Assembly (NCBI GenBank): GCA_951804945.1
Contig: OX638150.1
Coordinates: 41,168,001-41,232,000 of the forward strand
Reading direction: 5' to 3'
Source of the DNA: Podarcis cretensis
Lineage: Eukaryota
Length of the DNA stretch: 64,000 bases
Part shown: positions 1-13,037 of the stretch, one piece after another
Numbering within the stretch: the stretch's first letter is position 1
Layout: each line of letters opens with the position of its first letter
Position numbers and translations under genes: made by a program
The notes under the pieces: model-generated
What the model was told of the DNA's origin: nothing
The model's input: only the letters and a program-made list of their open reading frames with translations
Database searches by the model: none

Positions 1-65
1 CTACCCTGGTCTCTTGTTTAAGGAGATTGAGTCCTTCCCCATGCCCAGGTTTCCATCTCCATATA

Positions 66-405
66 GCCTGGGAATGGGAAACTTCTGACCCACGGACCCA
101 GTTAGATCCTCTGGGCTTTCCTGTTTGGCTCTCAAGGCCATTTTGGCCAAGGGACATCCGACTTCCCTACACCCGATGTCAGGTGTGGGGCAGGTAAAAT
201 CCTGGCTCAGCCAAAAGTGGGTCTGCAGGCACTGCCAATCAGCTTTTTAGCAGTGCTTACAAAGGGCTTGGAAGATAGTGCTTTGAAAGGGGCTTCTGAA
301 GACCGATTGTCTTCAGGAGCCTGTTTCAAATTGCTGCGCGAAGACCCCTGTTAGCAAAAAAAGGCCACCTGGTGTCATTGCCAGCCAGATCCAGTTCCCC
401 ACGCA
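66..405. mobile_element. Degenerate hAT-like non-autonomous DNA transposon
   Basis: Ends gggaatgggaaact... and ...cagttccccacgc resemble decayed terminal inverted repeats; no clear target duplication. Confidence 0.3.
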
Positions 406-1621
406 GAATATAGCCCTTTCCTGCTCCTCTCATTGTCATCATTTCTGTCTCCTAGGCTCTAGGCTTTTTCCTTGAACAGTGATTTTATGTGAAGTAGTTG
501 TGAGGCCTCTTTTGGTGATTAAGTTCTACGTCCTTCTCCCTGATGGTAGGAGGAGTATTTTTGGCCACGGAAGCGCTCTCCCATGCACCAGCAGTCATAA
601 CGGTGTGGTGCTTGGCTATGCCATCTGTATGGGAAACAGCGTCTTGAGGCCAGTAAGCCAGCTTTTCCACAACAACTTTCTGCTCCTGTAGCGCTTGTCT
701 TAAAACCTCGTGGACACTTTGGGGGCATTTCAAAGCAATTGTATATGCTGTCAAGTAGGAAGTTAAAAAAAAATAAAAAAATAACGGCTTCTGCAGAAAG
801 ATCTATTGAGCCATCAGTTAGCCATTAATCTTTTGCCCACTTTGCTTAAACAGCCATTGGCACACAACTCTCCCGCTCCGGCACCTGTAAAAGAACCCCC
901 TCCCCTTTTGCAAAACGCTACCCACAGTAGTTGATTGTGCTGTCTTTGGAGGACCTCCCCAAAAGCAACTCTCCAAGAGGGCTCCAGTACAAAAGAGAGC
1001 TGTGTACGACTGGAGTGTAATTCAGTGCCATTGGGACCAAGGGTGTGGTAATGCCATGTGCTCTGGATTACAATAGGGGGCATTTTGTAAGACTAGAGGG
1101 AGACTTCTATTGCGGCTGTGCTGGCTGCAGCTCCGCTTGCCAAGAGTTGGATTATCTCCCCCCATAAACGCCACATTTACACGCAGCTTGAGAAACCCTT
1201 TGGATTCCTTGGTGCTTGCATCACCTATTTGTTTCTCAGTCATGTTAAACCTTCCCTGGAAAATCAAAAAGGCTTAATCAGGAAACTATACGAGTGTGCC
1301 AAAATAATAATAATAATAAAAAATCCAGTGCTCTTACGATGGAGGAGCAGCTGCAAATCCAGTTTCTGAAGGGTTTGGGACTCTTGGCTTTCTTTTCTAA
1401 GACACTACCCAGCACTGTCACTTTTACCCTAGTTTCTTAAGATCTGTCTGCTTTGGAATTCATTGTCATGCCATCGGTGAGGTCTTTGGGTCTTTAAGTT
1501 TTTAACACTTCAGTTGCAGACTTTTCATAATGTTGCTTAGCTGTCGTGGGTCATAAATCTGGGGTTTAGCATCAGAACGTTGGAATTTAATTTGATTCAT
1601 TTTTGTTTCTCCCCTGTGCAG

Positions 1622-1714
1622 AGCAAGATGCTGGTCTTGATGCTCTCTCTTCTGTCTTAGCCCGTCAAAAACAGATGGGGCAGGAAATTGGGAATGAGTT
1701 AGAGGAACAGAACG
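1622..1714 (+). CDS. STX8: Syntaxin-8 internal coding exon (93 bp; start of the SNARE motif; exon 6 by human numbering)
   Basis: Pyrimidine tract plus tgcag acceptor (AG 1620-1621); donor G|gtaagg at 1715. Phase 1/1; translates (E)QDAGLDALSSVLARQKQMGQEIGNELEEQN, recognisable as syntaxin-8. Confidence 0.97.
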
Positions 1715-1872
1715 GTAAGGACTGTCCTGCTTTCACAGTTTGATGGGTTCAAGAGAGCACACAGTCATTATTTTCGGTTACAGATAGGTAGCCGTGTTGG
1801 TCTGCCATAGTCAAAACAAAATAAAAAAAATCCTTCCAGTAGCACCTTAAAGACCAACTAAGTTAGTTCTTG

Positions 1873-1910
1873 GTATGAGCTTTCGTGTGCATGCACACTT
1901 CTTCAGATAC
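1873..1910 (-). ncRNA. Minimal type I hammerhead ribozyme motif (antisense copy)
   Basis: Exact reverse complement of 2211-2248. Confidence 0.78.
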
Positions 1911-2210
1911 ACTGAAACAGAAGTCACCAGACCCTTCTATATAGTGAGAAGGTGGGGAGGGGTATTACTCAGAAGGGTGGTGGGATTGGGTGATTGGCAG
2001 ATAGCTGTGATGAGCCTGTTGACGACATGACAAAGCCATTTTTCATCTTCTCACCCCTTGCTTTTTCCTGTAAGACCTATTGCAGTCGTTAAGAGTCGTC
2101 AACAGGCTCATCACAGCTATCTGCCAATCACCCAGTCCCACCACCCTTCTGAGTAATACCCCTCCCCACCTTCTCACTATATAGAAGGGTCTGGTGACTT
2201 CTGTTTCAGT

Positions 2211-2248
2211 GTATCTGAAGAAGTGTGCATGCACACGAAAGCTCATAC
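2211..2248 (+). ncRNA. Minimal type I hammerhead ribozyme motif (sense to STX8)
   Basis: GUAU-CUGAAGA-A-GUGUGCAUGCACAC-GAAA-GCUC-AUAC: stem I GUAU/AUAC, core CUGANGA and GAAA, stem II hairpin, palindromic AGCU stem III, predicted cleavage after C2244. Confidence 0.8.
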
Positions 2249-3448
2249 CAAGAACTAACTTAGTTGGTCTTTAAGGTGCTACTGGAAGGAATTTTTTTAT
2301 ATTATTTTCGGTGTTGTACCTTCTCATAGTTCTGTTCTACTGAAAACCTTTGGCGCGTCGTCTCTGCTGCATCATTATTAACCACTCCCAATGATAGTTC
2401 CCCCCTTCCCTGAACAGTAATAGAAGAGCCACAATTAATCATCTCCATTTCTAAGTGTGATGGTATAAAAGTGAGTTGACAACAGAGTTTGCTTCCCACT
2501 CCTAGCATTGGGTTTAGGCCGAGCAATGGGAAAGAGAGAGTGCTGAATTTTTAGGTCATCAAAGTACAGATTTCAGAGAAGTTTTAAAAAGTGAAGAATT
2601 GTTTCAAAACTGTTACTCAATCTGCCCATGTCCGCCTGGATCATTATCTCATGTATGGTTTGGTATGGCCTAGATGCCACTGTGTCATAAAATATTTACG
2701 ATGCCTCCCCTTCTCTTCCATCAGTTGCAAAATTAACCAGAGTACATTGGTGTGGATGCCCCTTGGACATAGAATTGGGCCTCAGGGTACTTTTATTTTG
2801 GGCCCTGTGCCTTTGTTGGGGGTCTGCCTCTTAGATCTAGAAAATGAGCTGTAAAAGGAGGACAGATTATACAGCAGTGTCCCAGCAACAGTAGTGCCTT
2901 CGCTCAAGAGGCTACAGTTTCTGTTTGTAGGTAGGTGTAGGGCAGGGCCTTTCAAACTGTGTGTCGGGATACATCAGTGTGTTGGCTGCAGTGTGTAGGT
3001 GTGTCGCACAAACACGCCTCATGCTTCTCCCAGGGCTGGAAAGGGCTTAGTTTAACCTCCGATTTGCTAGTAAATCTGAATTATTGTGTTGCAAAATTAT
3101 GCAGAACTGAATTACTGTGCCGCAAAATGATGCATGTCTGAAAAGCATGCCACCAACATGTAGCTCTGGTGCAGGGTGTTTTGTGTGTCAGGTCATATTT
3201 GTGCTTCTCAAGGGAGCCTTCCATGAGAGGAGAGAGAGACCTAAGCAGGTTAGGTGCGGTTAGCTGTTTGATTATTCCTGTCTGAGCCAGTAGGTGGCAG
3301 CACAGGACAGAAAAATGCCTAGTACATGATCGGTTCTTGACCTTGAGCAGCGCATGATTGGTGGTTTTTCCTGGAGCTGTGCAACGCACCTTTCCCAGTT
3401 TAACATTATTTTTACCTATAGTTTGCCCTTTGGTCTGGGAGTATGCTT

Positions 3449-3808
3449 TGTTGTTGTTTAGGCGTTTAGTCGTGTCCGACTCTTCGTGACCCCATGGACC
3501 AGAGCACGCCAGGCACTCCTGTCTTCCACTGCCTCCCGCACTTTGGTCAGTCTCCTGCTGGTAGCTTCGAGAACACTGTCCAACCATCTCATCCTCTGTC
3601 GTCTGCTTCTCCTTGTGCCCTCCATCTTTCCCAACATCCCAACATTTTCAAGGGAGTCTTCTCTTCTCATGAGGTGGCCAAAGTATTGGAGTCTCAGCTT
3701 CAGGATCTGTCCTTCCAGTGAGCACTCAGGGCTGATTTCCTTAAGAATGGAGAGGTTTGATCTTCTTGCAGTCCATGGGACTCTCAAGAGTCTCCTCCAG
3801 CATCATAA
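3449..3808 (-). mobile_element. BovB (RTE-clade) LINE, 5'-truncated 3' end
   Basis: ORF 3458-3787 reads RVPWTARRSN...YFGHLMRREDSLE...AWRALVHGVTKSRTRL, the BovB C-terminus; (AAC)n tail; 62-bp flanking duplication. Confidence 0.95.
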
Positions 3809-5141
3809 CACACCTTTTCCTGTTTAGCATTATTTTTATCTATTGTTTGTCCTTTGGTCTGGGAGTACGCTTACATATTCTTTTTTAGTTTAAATGAACA
3901 CATCTAGGGCTGACGATTAGAACAGCCTTGCCATTATAAACACTGAAAAGTTGCTAGCCTGATTAAAAAAAAAAAAATGAAGGAAAAGTAGCCTCTTAGC
4001 TGCCATGGCCTCAGCCTCGAGCTCAGAGTTGGGAGGATGAACTGGTCGAGTCTTTGGCTTTCGTACCACCCATGGGCTGAGGAACTGAACAATACTGAAC
4101 TTAAGGCAGGCAGGCAGGAATATGTGGACCCTGAGCCAGGACCTTGATGGGCACCTTCCACCCAGCGTGATTTGCCAGAGAAGTCTAAGTCCTCCTGTTT
4201 CACATAGTCCAGGAGGCAGGTCTGGCAGGAGGCCACAGAAAGGAGCACAAGCACTCTCCTTCAGGACAGGGTGTTGGCATTTTAAAAGTTTTGGCCTCTT
4301 TCACCTTAGCACTGCTTGCTTTGCATGGATCACAACATTTGCAGGCTAGGTTTTATTATGATTATAAAGTCTCCTAACAGATGAAGCACAGGCCGTTGTC
4401 TCTGCCCCTTGTCTGCCAGCCTACATGGTTTCCATGCTGGCCGTTGGGGAAGAGGCTCAGCTTTATCCTCTACCAGCATGGAAGCTCACTTGGTTTCTCT
4501 GCCAGCTGCAGAGGAAGCGATTTGCTTTCCTCCAGCAGGGATATGCAGGAAGCTCCTTCCTCAGTGCCTAGGAAGGAGGGCAGCAGGTTCATGAGTGAGG
4601 GATAAGAGTGATCAGTCTTTCCTCCAAGGAACTGCTGTATTTTCATTCTTGCTACAGAGGTAGACACTTTACTTCCTTCACCACCAGTCTGCTCACTCAC
4701 CTGATCGGAATGCCTTGTTTTTCCTTGTGGTGTCCCAGGCAAGTAGTTATATACAAACACCCGGCTGTATTTTACATCCTGAAGTTTGAGTGGGATCAAT
4801 TGGATCCTGCATTAATGTAGCTTGTAGAAGTCTGGTGATGCACACCCTTTTCTTTCTCCTGGACTAGTATGAGAGACAGATTTGAAGTTAAACCATATTG
4901 TAGCACTCACTCACTTGTTGAGAAGACCCCATGGGAGCAAATCTATAGATTTTTGAGATTTTCTTTTTTCTTACAGTATGGTAGAACTTTGAAATGTTTC
5001 CAGCTGTGTGATCTCTGCAAAGATTTGATCCATCTGGTCTGCTTCTAGAGAGGGTTGCATGAACATTAAGTGACTGGAAGGCAGCAGCTCTGATACTTCC
5101 CCATTTGCTGAGCACTTTCTTCATTGAGAAGGTGTCACTGC

Positions 5142-5275
5142 CAACAACAACAACAATAACAACAACAACAATAATAATAATAAATTTATACCTCACTCAT
5201 CTGGCTGGGTTTCCCCAGCCACTCTGGGTGGCTCCCAACAGAATATTAAAAACATGATAAAACATCAAACATTAA
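5142..5275 (-). mobile_element. L2-type LINE 3' end with (AAC)n(AAT)n microsatellite tail
   Basis: Microsatellite followed by tttatacc...ctggctgggtttccccagccactctgggtggctcccaac, which resembles lizard L2 termini. Confidence 0.65.
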
Positions 5276-6392
5276 TACTAGTAGTCTAAGGGTCAACTGT
5301 ACATATTGTGTCCTCATGCCCTGTTTTTCACCCTTTCTGCTCCCAATCTGATCCTGTTTTTCCCCCAGGGTTTCTGAGGTGCGTATTCAGCCCTGGCAAG
5401 CATTGCACAAAAGTTAACAAACTTGCCTGCTCACATGTCCCTGGGTTTATTAATTTGTTACGTACTACAGGGATGATGGAGTGAGATCAGCCTTGAAAAT
5501 TAAAATTCACAAAAGTTGTCCTAGCCTACAACAACTTTACTTGCCTGCCAGATTTGAAATGGGAAAGTTTTTTTTAAAAAGCATTTCTCTAATCTCAGTC
5601 CTCAGAGAAAACAGATTAAAACCCCAGCTGTTCTGAGATTACTAAACTGAAGGCCTTAGGAGGGAAGAGATGTGGAGACATTAAAAAAAAAAATCTGTCT
5701 TGACATAACTTTAAAAGAGCACCATAGAACAGCATTTGTAAAAAGAGCCAGGGGGAGTGTTCCATTGGTGGTTTCTCATCACAGATTTAAACTGACAAAA
5801 GAACAAACAAATAAATCAAGGTAAAATGATTATGATCTGCCCACACTAATACCAATTCTCACCAAAACTTCACAGTGCATAGCACGTGAATACCTTCTGT
5901 TGCTCATGTGTATGTTTGTTTAGTCAGAGTTGGAGTTGCTGAACTTCAATTTGGGTCTCTTCCATGACTAGTGCTGAGAACTCCCATTCCTAGGCAATAT
6001 AATCAGAACTTTGCACATGGGGTCTCTGATTAGCCTTGTGTGCGATGTGGAGCACATATTTTTCCATAAGTGTTCCGCCCTTGATTAATATCAACTCAGT
6101 ATCTGCACAAATTATCGTTCAGTGATCTGTCTTGGACTGAAGACACAGTTCCCTCATCTGTGTATTTTTGGTCTGTATTGAGGCCATTTTCATAATATGT
6201 AATCTGACAAGTGTACAAGCAACTGTGAGTGTTTGGAGCCCGATGAATTCGTAATGGTCTGCAGGAAAGCAGCATTGCCGAGCCTATGAAACTAGCTCCT
6301 GTAGCTCTCGTTGCTCCCCAAGAGAATGGTAAATGACTGTAATGCAAACCACAGTGAATCAAACTACCCATCATATTTCCATATCACCACCG

Positions 6393-6545
6393 GAGTTGGG
6401 AGAGCCGGGTTCAAACCCCCGCAAAGCTCACTATGTGTCTTGTGCTGGTCACACACTGTCCCCCTAAACTACTGATCAGGGTTGCTGTGATGGTACAAAT
6501 GATAGTGTTTCCTGCTCCAAGAAGGGTGAAATATAAATGAAATTA
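6393..6545 (+). mobile_element. Old MIR-like tRNA-derived SINE
   Basis: B-box-like gggttcaaaccc, core-like cagggttgctgtga and a tataaatg tail. Confidence 0.5.
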
Positions 6546-8221
6546 AAATTAATTAATAGTAAAGTAATGTTGTGGGCAGTGACAGCATAGGAAGCAGGTG
6601 CTTTTTGATTTTTGATTCTTTGAAGAACAAGATTGTCACCAAAAGTGATTTGCATGTTGCAAACAATATCTTTCTAAAGAGTGAGCTTTAAGTACATTCT
6701 TGATTCTGTGAATGTTCTAATTCCTGTGGTATATTTTATGTTCTCCTTTGGGAATGGCTGAAGTACAGTTCTGTTGCCCACGCATCCTTTTTTTACAGCT
6801 TTGTGACATGACCTGCATTCTAAGCCATCAGTTGTGCCCCTGTGACATCTTTATATGCCCTTAGTTATAGGAAATTGCATTGCCATGATGACACAATTCT
6901 GAAGTAAGCCGCATCATTCTTGGTGGGAAGAGAGGAATATCAAGCCTTTCTTTGTCCATCTTGAAGATATGCAGCCAAGCAAAAGAAATAGGAAGTTTTA
7001 GATACACACAAAGAGAAAAATGAGAATTAAAAATTATTTCTCATTTGATTTTACTTTAATAGCAGGTCTGTCATATCTAAGCTCTAGTCTCATGAAAGGC
7101 TGATATTTAAGTGTTAAATAATTTAAGAGGGAAATATGAAATATATGCAAGTGTCTTCTGATTTTTATTTTTAATGTAGCTTCTCTGTCAATCTGTTGAA
7201 GCTGGAATAGGTGTGCTAACTCTAAATTAATTCCAAACATAAATCCACTGAATAAAAATGTCCCACATCCATTTCTCCTGCATTATATCACTACTACCAT
7301 TGCATCCCTTTATCATGTGCAGAGAAAAACCAAAATGAATGGGAAGCAAATGATTAATTTCGAAGAGGAAGTTACGTTGCCAGCTGAATTTTTTACCTCT
7401 ACCTTTTTTCAGAGCACCTTATAAATTTAAATCCACAAAAAATGTAATTTCTGAATTCCTGTTCACCTTGTTCCAGTTGAAGAAAGCAAATCCATCAGCA
7501 CCATATCACCAGAATTGAGCCTTCAAATCCTCTCCCAGCCCCCCAGTATTTTGTAATGATGGGTAACCTATTTTTTGCCCCAGTACTGGACTTTGCATGC
7601 CAAAGGCTAAGAGTTTGACATACTGAGAGTCGATTGCATCCTAGTGATCTCACCGAAGAGGCTTTTGCCTGTTCCTAGTTTACTTAATGCTTTTCTCCAA
7701 GAGGATGTGTAACCCAACCCAAGCATGAACAATCGCACCAGAGACAGGCAATGGAGCCTACATCCTTGGGCTGATTTTTGCCATGAGGTGTTACAGGAAC
7801 AATCTGGGCACTCAGAATCCAGCAACCACAAAGTAATGAGTCACTTAGTCACATCCTGTCATTTACAGTAACTCAGGGTGATAAAGATATTTGTGTGTAA
7901 TATCTAAGGAGCATAACCTCAAGTGGGACACCCTAAAAGAGTGCTGTTCTATTTTGTAATAGGAAATACCTTGGACAATACATATTCTAGTGGTGGAGAA
8001 GAGTCATTGGTTGCTGGCATCAATCTTGCATCCCAAGGAGTTTATAAAGCTGATAATTCTGAGTACCTCAAACATTTTGTTTCCTTACATGTCTAGGAAA
8101 TGACTAATTTTATATGGGTTTGGTATATAGATGTGGTTATTTATTTTGTGAATCTTTTTTTGCCTATTTTAACATTAATCTAGCTCTTTGGATTTTTAAT
8201 TCTCCATGAACTACTGCCTTC

Positions 8222-8930
8222 CTTGATATAGTGTACCTGGACTTTCAAAAAGCTGTCATCGAAGCAGCTCACCAAAGACTTCTCAATAAGCTTTAGTCAT
8301 CAAGGAATAAAGGAGAGGTCCTCTTGTGTCTCAGGAATTGGTTAAGTTGCAGAAAGCAAAGAGTAAGAATAAATGGACAGTTCTCCAAGTGGAGAAGCCT
8401 AGAAAATTGAGTCCTCCAAGGATCGGTATTAGGACCTGTGCTTTTTAACTTGTTGATAAATGATCTAGAGCTAGGAGTGGACAGTGAGGTAGCCAAGTTT
8501 GCTGATTATATTGAATTGTTTGAGTTTGTAAAATGGCAAATGCAGTTCAGTGTAAACAAGTGCAAAGTGATGCATATTGAGGCAAAGCATCTTATTTTCA
8601 CATATATGTTCATTGGGTCTGAACTAGCAGGAAAGAGACCTTGGGTAGCTTCATTAGACAGCTCAGTGAAGATGTCGACCCAGTGTACAGTGTTCGTGAA
8701 AAAGGCAGATTCCATGCTAGGGATCATTAGGAAGTGACTTGAAAATAAAACTGCTGATATCATAATGCTGTTATACAAATCTGTGTCGCGACCACATTTG
8801 GAATACATTAGGAGTACAGTTTTGGTTGCCGCATCTCAAGAAGGATGTTTTAGAGTTGGAAAGGGTTCAGAAAAGGGCAACTAAAATGATCAAGGGGGTG
8901 GAGCAACTTCCCTATGAAAAAAAGTTGCAG
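8222..8930 (+). mobile_element. CR1 LINE reverse-transcriptase fragment (decayed)
   Basis: Reads LDIVYLDFQKA, QGSVLGPVLFNLLINDL, KFAD, WQMQFSVNKCKVMH and LERVQKRATKMIKG, with stops and frameshifts. Confidence 0.95.
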
Positions 8931-9609
8931 AGTTTTATTCCAGAGTTTGGGGGGCGTAAAAATATCCTAAGGTACTTTTTAAAGAACTCTTATAATGTTT
9001 TAATTGGGCCCAAGTAAATTTTAAAGCTGAAGTTTAAAAACAAGCTGGTTTTAGTCATCATTACTGTATGGCTTCTTCCTACTAAAAACATATTCAATAA
9101 GGGAAAAATAATTATTCGTCAGCTGTATCTTGTAAAACACTTTATATAGCAACTACAATTATTGACATTAGCAAGAGATTTGTTTTTGGAAATAGAAAAG
9201 CTTTTGAATGGTTCCTGTTAATAATAATTACAGGGGGAAAGGAAAGTTAGTTACTTTAAAAAAGGGTTCCTTGCAACAGAGTCTAAATCCTCACGTTCTT
9301 CTCTGATGGTTTGTAGAAAGTCTTTTGCTTGTACCAAAAGCTTCAGTTGACACTACCAACTATTTAATTGTAGAGTTACAAATGGAGAGTTCAGATTGCT
9401 TTTTAATCCAGTGTAAAAAAAAAAAAGGAGCTGAATATGTTGTGAATAATCTTTTATCTCTATTCAGGCAATAATGTTAAAAACTACTCCTCCAGGAAAT
9501 GTATTATTTGTGTAAAATGGGATATTTTGTTTTAAAGTTAATTTTTTAAAAAAATCTTTAACCTTTCCTGTGATACTGCAGCAATTTTCTCCATTGAGCT
9601 AATCAATTA

Positions 9610-10111
9610 CAGTAGTACCTTGGTTCTCAAACTCCTTGGTACTCAAACAACTTGGAACCAGAACGCTGCAAACTGGCAGTAAGTGTTCTGCTTTGCGAAC
9701 TTTTTTCGGAAGCCGAACGTGCTCCATTTTGAGTGTTACGCTTCTGATTTGAGAGCCACACTTCCAATTTGAGTGTTACGCTAAGGTCTGTCTGTTTTTG
9801 CTATTTATTTTGCGTTTTTGTTTTTGCAGCATTTTTGTTTTGTTTTTGGGTCTGCGTGGAACCCAGTTCAGCTACTGATTGATTGATTGATTGATTGTGT
9901 GTGTGATTGCAGTACTTTGTTTATTGCTTTCATTTCATGGATCAATGGTCTCATTAGATAGTAAAATTCATGTTAAATTGCTGTTTTAGGGGTTGTTTTT
10001 AAAAGTCTAGAACGGATTAATCCATTTTGCATTACTTTCTATGGGAAAGCGCACCTTGGTTTTGGAACAGACTTCTGGAACGGGTTAAGTTTGACAACCA
10101 AGGTGCTTCTG
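9610..10111. mobile_element. Tc1/mariner-pogo (Tigger-like) non-autonomous element
   Basis: TA on both sides; terminal inverted repeats cagtagtaccttggtt / aaccaaggtgcttctg; internal (GATT)n. Confidence 0.85.
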
Positions 10112-10199
10112 TATATGCATTTCTAGTAAGTTCATTGATGTGTGTCAAAATTAAGGCTTTATATGACAGCTAATGTACCATAGTGAATAAAGTGAGCTG

Positions 10200-10340
10200 G
10201 TAAGGCCTCAGGTCAAATGTCACCTCAACCACAACTTTGCTAGGTGGCCTTGGATGAGCCACTGTCTCTCACCCTCAGCTCCCTAATCTGTAATATGAGG
10301 AGAATGAAAATTACATTCCTTACAGGATTGGTTTACGGTT
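10200..10340 (+). mobile_element. Old MIR-like SINE
   Basis: Core-like ctcagctccctaatctgtaatatgagg...ccttacaggattg. Confidence 0.55.
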
Positions 10341-10354
10341 TGTGGAGATTGGAG

Positions 10355-10460
10355 GTGCAGAAGGCTTCTGGTAAAACCCTGTGTGAAATACTGGAGAGCT
10401 GCTTTCAGTCATTGTAGACAAAGCTGAACTAGCACAGATTCCTATTGTGTTCCTATTGTG
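10355..10460 (+). mobile_element. Squamate SINE 3' part with CR1-like tail (Squam3-like)
   Basis: ctggagagctgct...gtagacaaagctgaactag...ttcctattgtgttcc; related to the copy at 60248-60400. Confidence 0.45.
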
Positions 10461-11817
10461 CATCTGCAGTGGTAGGAGGGGAAGTGGGTTTCATAAGTGC
10501 AAAGTGTTATGTATTATATTCGCAGAAGGACTGATTGTCACCTGTCCTACTTTTCCTTCAACTTGCGCGCAGAGAGTTTATAAATAGTGCATTAGAGCTG
10601 TATGCCACTAGTGATGGTGTCATTTACATATAGCTTCCATCTGGTTCCAGTTGCTTATCTTGCTCATTCTTCACCACTTAAGTCTTAAAGGTTACAATGA
10701 TTTTAACCGCTCGTACAGCCAGACTTTGGCATCTCCCAAATGGGGAGAAGGAAGGGATGGGCAGTTGAGAGGAAAGGCATTTCACCCTTTTGCTTTCACA
10801 GCTCATGATGGCTTATTCCTTAATGAGCTTTTGTGCTCAGTTGTTAGAAACTTACACTGCTCCCTGCCAATGTATTACCTTAATTTTATTCAGACCCCAT
10901 ATCATTGGTCTCCTCCTCTTTAAGTGGAAACAGCCCTGGGGCTGTGTGGATGTGAGATGGGGGTGGGCCCTGGTCTTCAGTGTTCCCTCTTCCATCACCC
11001 TCTCTGCTTCACTTACTTTGGGGAGGAGATCCTAAGTAAACCAAGGAAATCCTAGTTTTGAATTCCCACTATGATCCTGGGAAGAAATATTATCCAAAAT
11101 GACCTGCTGATATTTCTTTGTGGTAGAGGATTAGCCTCGCACAGATATTCTGCAGCTTAGCCACTTAGCATGCTGCCAAGGGGACTGAACCCACCTTAAG
11201 GTCAAATGCTGGGTTTAATGTACTTTGCATGGGCAGAATCTGTGTTGGGGGCATTCAGTGTGCATCTGATTAGCAGATCTGTGCCAGTACAAACATGCTT
11301 GGTTTTATGTGAAGAGTGAATGGTAATAAACACTCTTAAATTCTAGCTGTTCGCACCTCAATAATGAGGTAGCAATTCCCATAACCACTGAGATCGTGCT
11401 CTATTTCTAGCCCTCTGAGAGTCCATACTGATAAAGCTTGAGTAGCTGTTTATCTTGCGGCGTGTGTTCTTTTTTCTGTTCACATTGGTGCCGGGGCTTG
11501 AAGGGTATAAGCTACTTATACCCAACAGAAGACACACATTCATTCCAGAAGAGATGCTCTCTCTGCCTTGTAACAGTGTGGATGAGCTCACAGAAAAACT
11601 GGAAAACCCAAGCAGTGACCTTTGAGCTATTTGCTTTGCAGAGGTATGCTCAGTGAGAAAGAGCCCTGACACTGAGCTGGAATAGAAAAGTTTTTCCTAT
11701 TTATCCAAGGATTTAACGAGTTATGGAAAGGGACTATACCTTATGATGATTTGCCTTTCTAAATGCTGGATCTCATTAAAGATAGGGACCCCTTAAATAT
11801 AATTTAAACCATTCCTA

Positions 11818-11945
11818 CAGGGGTAGGAAGCCTGTGGCCATCAAGAGATTTTTAGACTACAGCTCCCATCATCCCTGACAGTCGGCTGGGCCTGATGGGA
11901 CTTGGCATCCTGACGATGTCTGAAAGAGTCTTCATCTTTGCCTTA
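11818..11945. mobile_element. hAT-type palindromic MITE (decayed)
   Basis: gactacagctcccatcatccctga...gatgggact internal palindrome, same family as 37909-38044. Confidence 0.6.
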
Positions 11946-13037
11946 TCCTAAATTAAAACTTGAAGGCAAAAGAAGGTCTCCCTCCAGTTCTTGAGGAATC
12001 TGCAATGCTTTATAAATTCAAGAGGTATTTAAATATTCTCATTGGAAGCAGAAATGGTTGTTTTGAGAGTGAACAGCCGTTTCATGCAATCTTAATTTGT
12101 CAGTCACCACCCTTCCTCCCCACACAATCCTTCATCTTTTCCCTCAATTAGCAGAGGTTATTTGAAATAAAATGCTTTGAGGAGGAGAGTGGCAAATATT
12201 TTCTTTCCAGAGCCTTTCTTATTTTTCTTGCTTTTAAACACCACATACAATACTTATCTTCTGTTTTATAAGCACTTTTTGGAATAGAGGATGCCATACT
12301 GGCCAGAGCTGTTGGTTTGTCCAATCTATTATTCTGTCATTTTCAGCGTGCAAAATCCTCCCTTCCAATCCTTCCATTTCCTCAAAAAAAAACCCTGCAT
12401 TCAACTATACAGTTCATTAGGGATGAGTGAGGAGGAGAATGTGTCCTTTAACTTGAATATTTGAAAATTCAACCTCGCAGTGAAATCCTATTATTCATGG
12501 TACATTGTTAGCAACTTACTTTCTTCCTAGTAGATCAGATCTGATCACTGGTATTTCTGAAGAAAATAGTCGATTGTTCTTGTCTAGCTGCAGATGGTGG
12601 TGGAATGTATATATATCATATATTTGCACTTTGATCAATTTGGCTGCAGGGATCCCATTGCAGCAGATATTTGTGGTCTGCGTTCAGTGTTGATCTGCTT
12701 CTTGGTGCAATTCAAGGGGTGAGTTCAATTTGCAAAGCAGAATATTGTTTTGTGACCTTTTAAGATTGGGTTCCCCACATGTGTCCTTTAGATAGTTCTT
12801 TATGCCAGTGTGTCTGGTTGGGTGTCTGCATTACTCATTTGTTTTGGATCTAATATTTTCTAACTTCTCTTTTGTATATGTCTAATTGTAGCATGGAATT
12901 CTTCATGGAACTTGTACACATTCACTATGAAGCAGTTGCCTCACGTGTAGACAACCAGAGCACGTGTGAGCCTGTAGCTAGCTTGCCATTCATGTTCCCA
13001 GATCAGGAATGCACAAGCAATCTACCACCCTCTCAGC

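Larger units (their letters stand above)
1778..2300. mobile_element. Penelope-like element remnant with inverted plus direct pseudo-LTR (foldback)
   Basis: Arms 1831-2026 and 2095-2290 are reverse complements with 1 mismatch. Flanked by the duplication attattttcggt (1767-1778 / 2301-2312). Each arm holds a minimal hammerhead motif. Confidence 0.85.

Noticed and set aside
1831-2290. The foldback as a pre-miRNA, DNA-transposon termini or assembly artefact
   Set aside because: It is too long for a pre-miRNA. The arms are pseudo-LTR sequence also found singly at 23781, and the target duplication supports a real insertion.
4888-5196. ORF with a hydrophobic, signal-like N-terminus
   Set aside because: The Ile/Val run is the (AAT)n(AAC)n tail of a LINE.
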